In this document: piece by piece, positions 12,004-22,300 of the stretch
Numbering within the stretch: the stretch's first letter is position 1
Layout of the letters: each line of letters starts with the position of its first letter
Origin: Phoronis australis
Lineage: Eukaryota; Animalia; Phoronida
Assembly: GCA_002633005.1 (NCBI GenBank)
Contig: NMRA01000069.1
Location: 812,694-849,760 of the forward strand
Direction of reading: 5' to 3'
DNA: 37,067 bases
Made by a program: the position numbers and the translations under genes
Notes under the pieces: generated by a model
What the model was told of the DNA's origin: nothing
The model's database searches: none
The model's input: only the letters and a program-made list of their open reading frames with translations

Positions 12004-12419
12004 TACCATAGCTACTGTAACAAATATTTTATAATTATTTGACTACTCCGCCGTAAATGTGGAAACCGACAAGACTAATATTGAGTCAAAATCAATAATA
12101 CTTTCAGGAACATGGAATGTAAGTTATCAACTGCAGTAAGCAAGTATCCCAATGATGCTGAATGAATGACTGATACCTACAATACACATCTTTTACCTAC
12201 AATGACACCGCAAACGGCTCTATAGTAGGTGTGGCTAAGCACTAAAATTTAACAAGACAATTATGCACGGAACAACACAGTTCACTACCTGCCTTTGCTT
12301 CAACAAACTTGATTTGATTCTCATTTAAAAATGATGATGTTGACTTCATGCACAGCAAACTTGCAACAATTTAAGATACAATAGTGCTGACAGCTGATAT
12401 TTTATCATCAGAAATGCTC

Positions 12420-12995
12420 TCATACAAAATGGCCACTAGGAGGCACTGCAGAAGTTGAATCCATCCAAAAATCACACGGTGCCAGCACAAACTCGTCATA
12501 TACCTCTGTGTCAAGTTTCAGCTAAATCAATCAATTGGTTCTAAGATATTGTCTCGAAATGCTCTTCCCCTAAACAAGATTTGAAAAGTGCCTTGTCAAG
12601 AGCAAATTGGCCACCAGAAGTTACTGCAGAGGTCAAATCCTCTGAAAATTTCACGCTGTTTGTCCATTCACATCACAAACTCTACGTCAACTTCCATTGA
12701 AATCCTTCAATCAGTTCTCTACTTATCATCCGGAAAAACTCTCACACAAAATGACCACTAGGAGGCCCTGCAGTAGTTGAATCCGTCCGAAAATCAAATG
12801 ATGCCAGCGCATTGACATCACATATCTGTGCGTCAAAATTCATAGAAATTCATCAATCCTTTCTCTAGATATCATCCGGAAATGCTTTTCACACCCAAAC
12901 AACACTTAAGAAGGTCCTGGTTGAGAACAAAATGGTCACTAGGAGGGGCTGCAGTGGACAAATGGTGCCAGCGCAAACTCATCACATATGTCTGT
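12420..12995. repeat. Four degenerate units (~145-180 bp) of the satellite-bearing repeat family
   Basis: aaatggccactaggaggcactgcag-like unit heads at ~12427, 12605, 12749 and 12930. Confidence 0.75.
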
Positions 12996-13266
12996 GTCCA
13001 CATACATAAGTGTGGGCACATTAAAAGGGAATTTTAGCCAACACTTGTCCAAAATTGGTGAGAATATTTAACTTCCTCCATCATGGCTGTGATCCATATA
13101 CGAGGGTAAGTTATCGTTTGGAGATTAGATATTGAATTTGAGAGTGATTTTGACTAGGCTTGTACTGATCCATGTGTCACCACATAAAGTTTTGAAGTCA
13201 TAACTAACTGCCAAGTTATATGTAATATATATGAGTGTGTTACTTATTGTCCCAGAGCAAAAATAC

Positions 13267-13357
13267 TGATAACCCAAATTCTAAATGAATGACATACTTG
13301 TAAATGAAAAACAAATCTTTTCACAGTCTCTAAAAGAGATAAGACATCCTATATATT
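13267..13357 (+). promoter_or_regulatory. Putative proximal promoter of lectin 3 (two GATA sites and a TATA box)
   Basis: TGATAA 13267, AGATAAG 13337 and TATATATT 13350, conserved with 7846-7935. Confidence 0.45.
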
Positions 13358-13427
13358 ACAACACTGCCAGGATATTTTTCAGCAGATACAACACGAAGTC
13401 TGTCGTGTTAGCAACGATATCAACACT

Positions 13428-13938
13428 ATGTTTTTCACTATAGTTCTACAGGGCCTTCTCTTTACTGCAGTTGACGCCATGTCACTCAGACACGGAAGGC
13501 AAGTGTCCACAGATCCCCTAATCAACATGTTCAGACAACAAGAGCAGGCCATGCAACAACTCAGCAGTTTGGTTGCCAATGTCTCCAATATGCTGGTCGA
13601 GCGCATTGAAAAAGAACACGACCAAACACAGCGTACACTAGAACGAATGGAGACGAGATTGTACTCTATTTGCCCAACCACTCACTATATTGCAGTAGGG
13701 CAATCTTGTTATAAGTTATACACTGAGGGCAGCGACTGGTTTGAGGCACGAAAAAGATGCCAAGCTGACGGGGCCCAATTAGTTGCCATAGAAACCGCAG
13801 AAGAGCAGGAAGTAGTTGTCCAATTAATAATGGGATATCCAAGCAGGCCTGTGTGGACAGGTGGAAATGACCTGGACACTGAAGGACATTTTGTGTGGAA
13901 CGCTACAGGGTCTGACCTTCACTACACCAACTGGATGG
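13428..13938 (+). CDS. C-type lectin gene 3, exon 1
   Basis: Close paralogue of 8007-8502 (signal peptide, RHGR, neck, CPTTHY..GQSCY, VWTGG, YTNW). Phase-1 donor G|GTGAGT at 13939. Confidence 0.93.
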
Positions 13939-15494
13939 GTGAGTTAACCTAATGTTTGATGTAGTTTGAAAACGGACATGAAACTCTAGTGGAAAATGAC
14001 ACTTGGTGAAATTGGTGATGAAGAACAATGATGATATTGGTGGCTATACTGAGTCGGCTGCTATTTTTAGGCTAGATCACCAATTGCGTAATAGGTTGTC
14101 ACGCTGATACCACGCTGTGTGCCGATGGATACTCGCACAGGGTCAAATAAATTTTTTAGTGTGTCACTGTTACATGAGTTTACATTGGTTGTGGAACAAC
14201 ACTAACTACAAGATTGAAGGCGAGCGGTGATATCGAGCATTTGATTATGGACAATACAACCAGATTTGAATAACAAGACGGGAAAGTTTTCATCACATCT
14301 GATGTTTTAACTCCTGATGGTAACTAGTTTCGTTAGATTGACGGTCTCCTGGTCAATAAAACGCCATAGTCATTTTGAAAACAGCTATTTTTGTCTGCAT
14401 CGGCATTTCTTTTCTGTTTGTGTTAAGCGTTTTTAAAGTTCTGTAGGGCTCCCCTATCACATGCCCATGATGGGATATGAAAGAAAAAAAATCACACATG
14501 AGCACTTTTACTGTTGATGTTTAACAGCACAGCATTTGACCATTTTAGGTTGACAGATGACGCTCAATTTGTTGATTGAAACCATACAAATGATGGCGCC
14601 AAATATAAATCAGTCTGGCTTGACCAATAGCCTCCAGCCAGTGTTCTGCATTTTCCAGTCACCATGCAGTTCCGTCATGTTGATAAAATGTGAAATACTT
14701 CAATTGAGACCCAAAATGCACTGATCATAAATAACGCCCAGCATGAGAACGTTTTATTGAAAATTCATGGCAGTGCTGCACAACTGTGAAGTTAGGTTTT
14801 CAGCATGTTAACAAAACTGCAGTAACTGTATGTAGAAAAAAAGTTGTATTTTCGCGTTCTGACAGGAATAGGGAGAATATATTGTGTTTCAAAAAATCCA
14901 CTCTTGAGGACAATTTTAAAAGTTAACGATTTCGGTTATACAGTTAGTGCCAACATTGTGCATGTGGACAAAAAGCATACTTGCGTAAAGACTTTAAAGT
15001 GTGCGTTTTCAAAAGTTTCCATAGTCATGTATCCAGGGCCCTACCATAAATCAAATGTGACGAACTACAATCATGACTTCAAATTTAGAAAAAAGTTCAA
15101 GTTATGCTACTTGCAGTGTAGTTTTTAATGCACCAACTATTGTAATATCAGGTGAATTAATGTAACCATCTGTGCACAATACAAGAGATCTTTTGTGTAC
15201 AACAGGGTTAAACACATGTATTTATCTCTTAACAATTCTTCACCTTGCATTAAGAACAAAAATTTTGGGGCATGGTATTTCAAGTACTTAATATTTTCAA
15301 GGAAAAAAACGCAAATCAAAATGCTAAGGCACGCAACAACAATAGCCAAAATTCTGCTCTAGTCAGAAATAATCACGCAATAGATGCTTATAATGACATG
15401 TAATTATAACTTTGTTTGCCCTGAATATGTACATTCAATCCACATGAAATTTGCTACATACAGACACTGAATAACTGGCATACGATCGTAGAAA

Positions 15495-15805
15495 GGGTAA
15501 CAAGTCACCATTCCGAAAGACCACTACTCTGAAAAACATAACTATTTGTCTTTTTTATTTTTTTACTCAACCATCATAACTTTTCTCCCACTATCACAAA
15601 TGGATAGTTACTTTGTTTCAAAATACCCACACAAAAAATAAAAATTGGATAATAAAAGTCCAGCGACTTGTTTCTGGTGTTTCTACTCTTATAAAAAGAA
15701 ACACAGGCGTTCATTTTTGGAGTGTGATTTCTTCGGAGAACGTGTGAGACTTCCAAGTAGTGTTCTTTCCGAGTAGTGGGCCTATGGAGTTGTAGGCTGT
15801 AATTC
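15495..15805. mobile_element. Degenerate MITE-like element in lectin 3 intron
   Basis: ccactactctgaaa/attccgaaa motifs on the left and inverted ttccgagtagtgg motifs on the right. Termini poorly defined. Confidence 0.35.
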
Positions 15806-16572
15806 CTGCCAAGTTATCACTTAGAATGTGCCTATATTTTGCGAACTAGTTTTGCCTGTTATTCAATGGAGTGGAAAATTGGTACTCAAAATGCGGGCAC
15901 AGTTTATCTAATTATTCACCAAGGCCTTGGGTTTAATGCTTTATTGTTTGTAGTTGCTTGGTATAGATGGCTTAGTGTGGTAATACATATGCCTTTTTAA
16001 TATACAATTTAGCAACATTGTATCCCCGTGCCTGTAATATAGGAATTGCCATGAAAATCAAGCATTTGTATATTAATTTTTTTAATTCTAATTACTAGGT
16101 GTGCTGCGACTTTACAGTTAGTAATAATACTTTTGAAGTTGTTAAAAAATCTCAAGTTGTAAGATGCTCGAAAAACCACTGACGTCACTGGGTCGTGTAC
16201 CCAACTTCCTCACAGGATAATGCGACACATTTCAGCGATGCGAGATCTACTGTATTCAAGGTGATGTGGATATAGACCGATTAAACACAAACTATCTGGT
16301 GGCATTAAGGAGTTTTGGAAATACAGCAACGGTCGTCACATGGAGGGAGATGGCAGCACAATGCGCCCCCCCACACACACACCCACACATATATAATATG
16401 AGGATCCTCAATGTTCCAATCGCCAGAATCAAGAAAACCCAATTAGGGTTTAAATTTTGGTATCCTAAACTTCAGAGACTGTCCAAATTGAAGAATATTC
16501 AATTGTGTTTAACAGTTAAATTATTTTTTACGGCAGGCAGCTTTATACAGCAATATCTCTGTTTCGTTTCAG

Positions 16573-16721
16573 GCGGACAACCCAATAATTATGGGGGCAG
16601 CCAACATTGTGTTGAGATTGCGCCAACCACACAAAACAGGAAATGGAATGATGAATCATGTAATAGTCACAGACGTTTTACATTGTGTGAAGCCTACAGA
16701 CCAGACCAAAACCGTGGGTAA
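16573..16721 (+). CDS. C-type lectin gene 3, exon 2 (QPN/WND); spliced product 219 aa
   Basis: tttcag acceptor at 16571-72. Translates GGQPNNYGGSQHCVEIAPTTQNRKWNDESCNSHRRFTLCEAYRPDQNRG*, in frame with exon 1. Confidence 0.92.
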
Positions 16722-18394
16722 CGGGAAAAGAAATCATTGTGAAATCAAAAACGGTTACTGCTCTACAATTCTGCACATTCTAGTGTTTAGCACACCCAAA
16801 ATTATCTTTCTGTCAATTCGAGCACAATGAAACAGGTGGCATTTTTATCCCATACGTGTTGAATCTGTCGACTGCACTACGGCAATGTAATAATGTTTTT
16901 TGTATTCACCTCCCCCACTACTTCAACAGTGACATCTGACATGGAAAGTTCAAAAGGTAGGTCAATGTCGACTCAACGTCGTTAGCTGGTTCAATCATCA
17001 AACTTTCCAAAAATAGTTTAAAGTAATACAATTCCAGCAGTGTAAATAACACTCAACATGCAATCAGGTTTCAATCGTAACATTTGGAAAAAGGACTGTT
17101 AATTATATGACAGTTCTGTCTCAGTTTTCAATTGCTAAATAATTGCAACTCAGGCGCCGATTCCTCAGTAACTACAACATCAAATATTGTTGCTATTTAA
17201 CTATTTTCAGGAAATATTACAAATTCAATGTATGGTTACCTTTGCTTTCATCTTTGTTATCTCTTTTCAAGTAATAAATCGTTACATTTGAAACTGTTTC
17301 TTTTACTAGAGAAAACTTGCAACCTAACGCGCAAGTACATTCATACAGGATGTGATCCGCCACTTGAAGGCTCTGAGTGGAGTATTTCAAAAATCTGCCG
17401 TAAAAATGAAAGAAACCTAGGAATTCGAAGTGTATGGGATAAATACAAAACATACATCGATTGGCATACATGAAGTAATATCCCACGAGACATTATTCCA
17501 AGTAGCGACTGAGACCTTCACGGAATAATGTCGCTCTTGGTACGTTTTGTGTATTTATATTAAATTCATTTAAAATTATGGCTATAATGTGCCATAGTTT
17601 ATATGGACAACTTCTACACCCACAGAACCTGAGGAAAAAGTGCAATACTGGAGAAGCCAAATACCACTGAATTTTTACTCTATACACTTCATACATTGGC
17701 CTCAAGACATTTCCAGCAATTCTCAACTCTTATGAAAAATAAATAAGTTAATAATTTTGTGTAAATGTGTAGAGCAGTTATCACGTTGTTAAACCAACGA
17801 TGTCGAAAGTATTGCAGTCTTTTCACAACCTATCTATTACAATATGTGGACATATTTCAGTCATTCAAGTTGACGTCAAGTAAAGGTGAATATATATCAG
17901 GAAATAGGCGTACATGCCTGTGTGACCATTTCAACAGCAGAAAATTTCTAAAATATTACACAAGTGAAATTTGGACTGATGCATCATAAACTGGTAGACG
18001 TTGACATGTTTATAAATATGTCACTTTGCTATACTAAAAACAGGTTTATCACTGGCACCTTTTCATTCATTTATTAGGAAAGTATTTGACAAGTTCTTAA
18101 AAAGTATTATAAATTGTAAACAATTATTTTCAGGAAAACTTGTATGCAATTTGTAATGAGAATGGACTGCTTTCTCACATCTCACTTGACTGGTGATCAT
18201 GGATTGTGTGTGTGTGTGAGAGAAAGGTGGATTTTTGACCTAAAGGAAACTATCACTCTGTAGCCATACTAAAGGATAGGGCAAAAGTTTATTAAATATC
18301 CGGAAGGAGTCTGATGTTGAAATTCTCATATTTAAGGTTCTATCAAAGAGGTAAAATCCCTACAGAAGCCAACTTCAAAACAGAAGGCACAAAA

Positions 18395-18582
18395 TTGTAC
18401 AATTTCCATCACTTTGACTAAATGCTTGTACAATTTCCATCACTTTGACTAAATGCTTGTACAATTTCCATCACTTTGACTAAATGCTTGTACAATTTCC
18501 ATCACTTTGACTAAATGCTTGTACAATTTCCATCACTTTGACTAAATGCTTGTACAATTTCCATCACTTTGACTAAATGCTT
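18395..18582. repeat. 31-bp minisatellite, 6 perfect copies
   Basis: ttgtacaatttccatcactttgactaaatgc at 18395, 18426, 18457, 18488, 18519 and 18550. Confidence 0.97.
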
Positions 18583-19259
18583 CACTTCCTCTCATCACGC
18601 TCACTCAATTCCAAAATATTTACAATTTTGTTAGGAATTATCTACGATGGTGCATTCTTCAACCAGAAACTGCTCTAGCTGACATGACCTGAGCGCTCGA
18701 CCTGCAGGTCGTCGATGCGACCTTGGATTGTCCTTGGCAACATGGGAAAATCTCAAGTCGCCACAAAGTCACCACTGCGAGTATCAAAGTTGGACAATAT
18801 TTCCCTCTAAATTTGTTTCAAAGTTTGTGTGGACTTCCAAATTAGTTATCAACAGTATTCCTAGATTCATTACATTTGATTCACAATTGTCCCGTTTATT
18901 TTGTGAAATCAGTCATTTCCATCACAGCAGTCAGCACACATCAAACATGCACTAAAATTACAACAGGAAGTAAACAGACGGAAGTCATAATTGCTTGGCA
19001 AAAACAGGGTAAGATTGGTGAAATATACGCCACCAGTGTATATGATTATCTGTACTCTATGTTAATTTGTTGGCCGGAGGAATTGAGTTACGAGAATAAA
19101 TGCACATTGACGGGGAACAAATTGGAGAGGTACGTGTAAGATACTGAGAATGGGGCACGTTACGATCTTTTTTTAGTCGACGATTTTTACGCTGGACCAG
19201 CACCCTGGGATGCCAGTTTGCGGCTTCGCATTATGCTTAATGTCAAGTGCTGAACCTAC

Positions 19260-19376
19260 CCCACAGTTCTACCAGCCTTTTTAGTATAGAGAAGCAGCTC
19301 TTCTGCGCCACCGGGTCGGGCAACTCCACTGCACCGTGGATGACCGTCTGGAGGACCTGTTGAAAGTGCTGGCTTT
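19260..19376 (-). CDS. XPOT: XPOT exon (ESQHFQQVL...LVELWG), last exon identified; ends in a phase-1 donor
   Basis: AG at 19377-78, GT at 19258-59; 117 nt. Confidence 0.9.
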
Positions 19377-22300
19377 CTGAAAGACAGTGAAGACACAGAC
19401 CGTGATTTTCTGGGACATATGTAAAACATAAACCACATTTCACTCACAGGCTCTCTGAAACACAGTGAAGAAACAGCACATGCAGTTCTAGGACACATGT
19501 CAAACATGAATCATGCTTCACTCTCTGGTAGACTGAAACCCAAAGCAGTCTTGAATATTTTTTCCAGGACATACCACGCCAAACATATTACTATAAAGAG
19601 CTTAAAACCACCATTTACCTTGTTTCAACAAGTGACTACATTGTCAGCATCATTAAACAATTCTTTATAGCACTCATATCACAACAACAAAATGCAATAT
19701 CCCAAAAACGAGAGAATAGAAGAAAAGGGCCTATAATTGGAAGTTTCTTATCTTCACGAACATGAGCGTGACGCCTGAACAAACCCAGCACCAGCGTGTC
19801 TCCGATGTCCCAGGGGAAAAGCAAAAACAGTCACAGCATGCTCAAATACTGAGCTGTTACAACCACCATAAACACAACTGCTCACCATTCTTCATTATAC
19901 CCAGGGCTGCCAACCCATTAAGGACATACTATGTTCTGTATACTGCAAATGAAAACTTGTATCATTTCCAACATTTTTCGAGAGTTTAAATTGCAACCAC
20001 AAGATGGATTGATACACACCAAAATGATTTTCATATCGTGTCTAACTAAAAATGCAACGTATGTAAAAACTCAGCTCGTCACATTGATATTTTTCAGCTT
20101 TTCTTGTCGGCATTTCTTACCACACTACTACAGCCCCACCAACATTGATATTTCGTTGTAATTCCTTTGTGTAAGCTTTCTTCTGATTTTACGAAGAAAA
20201 ATAAATGCTCAAACTCCGTAACAGTTGTGATTTTCCTGGCCCTAAAAGTATGCAGAATAAAGATAAATCCACAATAGGTGGCAGCCCTGTATACAATAAA
20301 TCACTGGAAAACGAGCAGCAATATCTGAAAAGGGAGGATAGATAGCCAATGTGTTATTGGATGTCCCAGTTTTATGTAGAACTTATCGACCCGTAAATGC
20401 TCATAACTCGAGATCAGCTAATAGCAGAAAGTGTTTGGAGATGTTTTAATTTGACAGTTGATCGACTGCTGTGGATGTTTTGGTGATAGCATAAAATTGG
20501 TGATTTTCAGTAGTTTTATTAGCTATTGCAGTTCCTAATACTTGCTTGCCTGTATCACGACAATAAGAATAATAATGACAGCGTTGTTACCTTGGTTACT
20601 GACTACTTCCTCCACCTTGTGGTGAACAATAGTGGAGAGGAAGACAAAATAGCTGCGTTGTAACATCTGCTTCTCACAGAGGGCGTCCTGGTCCAGTGCA
20701 TCCGTGGGCGACGACAGCGCCTGGAAGATGGTGGTTACCAGGGGGAGGAAGGTTTCTTGAAGGAACGGCACCAGGCTCTTCTGTGAAATGGACAAAGAGC
20801 AGAATTTTTAAGATTAGTGTGAACCAAAGCCATGTTAAAGAAGGTGAAACACAAACATCAAACTAACTGAAATATTATAGGATTTTGGTATTCTAGTAAA
20901 AACGAACAAAAAAAATTAATTATCAACTGTTTAGCAGTCGGGTAGTAAAAAATCTCACAAATTTCTGACAAAAAATATTTGCCAAAATTGGTTGTTTTCC
21001 GTTTTAAAGATCTGCTAATGATGTTGCATATGTTGCCTTGTGTCAACTTTCATATAGAACTTGTGTAACGCACCGGTCTTAAATCAGAGAGATTTCACTG
21101 TATATGCGAAAACAGTTATTTTATTAACGTTATCCATAATGAAAATACAGTGGAAGCAAGGACAACTATTAGCAAGATCTCCACTACTGTTCTTACTAAT
21201 GCTGTCACTAATATAGATGACAGCAATGAAATTCTAACTAATACAGACTACCATGACCGCTGACTACTCAGGCTGCCAAATGCTCTCGACCAACAACTGA
21301 CTATTGACAACTAATAAGACTAGTGACTAACTATTAAGTACTCTAGATTGCTGCTGCTTCTGCTGCTGCAACTCCACTACTGCTAACTACATGTTACTAC
21401 TAAAGAGCTACTAGTCTAACTACATGTTACTACTAAAGAGCTACTAGTCTAACTACATGTTACTACTAAAGAGCTACTAGTCTAACTAAATTGCCTACAT
21501 TTACCAACTGACCATACTACTGCCGACTACTGGTAACTAAATTACTACTAATGGTACTAACAACAATACTAAGCCTTACTAATTCCCTAAACCTATCCAG
21601 TGACTACAACTGAATACTGCCTGCAATTACTGAATTAAATATTACTACTAGCACTACTAACAACTAACCTATGGCTAAATCACCCACCTTAAACTTCTGT
21701 ATCAGCTGATTCATGAGCGGGATGAAGTCATGTAGCTCACGTGCGTCGGGCGACTTCAGCAGCTGTTGCATTGCAGCAGGCACAAACGGCAGTACCTCCG
21801 CCTCCAGACACACAACCATGCGGTGCAGGAACTGGCGTACACCGGCGTGAATTGCAGGCCGGTGATAAGGCGTTGCCAATGCCCTGATGAACACGTCCAT
21901 AGTCTGCGTAAAGACTGGCACGCAGCCGCACTGTTTCATGGTCTGCTGATTCGTAAAGCCCTTGCTAGTACGACTAAGAGAGAGAACAAAAACGAATGCA
22001 TGGTTTGTAAAAAATTGACAAAGAAATTCAAGGACTTTATAGGCTAGTTTAAGACTTCTTTAATGAAAATCCAAGACTGTGCAAAACCCCAACCATCCTT
22101 TCACAACTAAGAAAATTTTCAAAAAGATGGAATCAAGTCAGCAAACATGAATTTTGAATTACTTTTAAAGCATTAAATAAAAATCATGAATTTCTAGACT
22201 TTTAGAATCATCATCAGATTTGTAAGAGTTATATGACCCTCGATAGTATTTAACCTCCATGAAATTTCTGCGTACATAACATCCATCTTGCTGACAAATT

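Noticed and set aside
16266-16572. N-terminal part of the 151-aa ORF
   Set aside because: Intronic; only the portion after the acceptor at 16572 is lectin-like.
18660-18810. GC-richer patch as a candidate XPOT 3' exon
   Set aside because: None of the three minus-strand frames resembles exportin-T.
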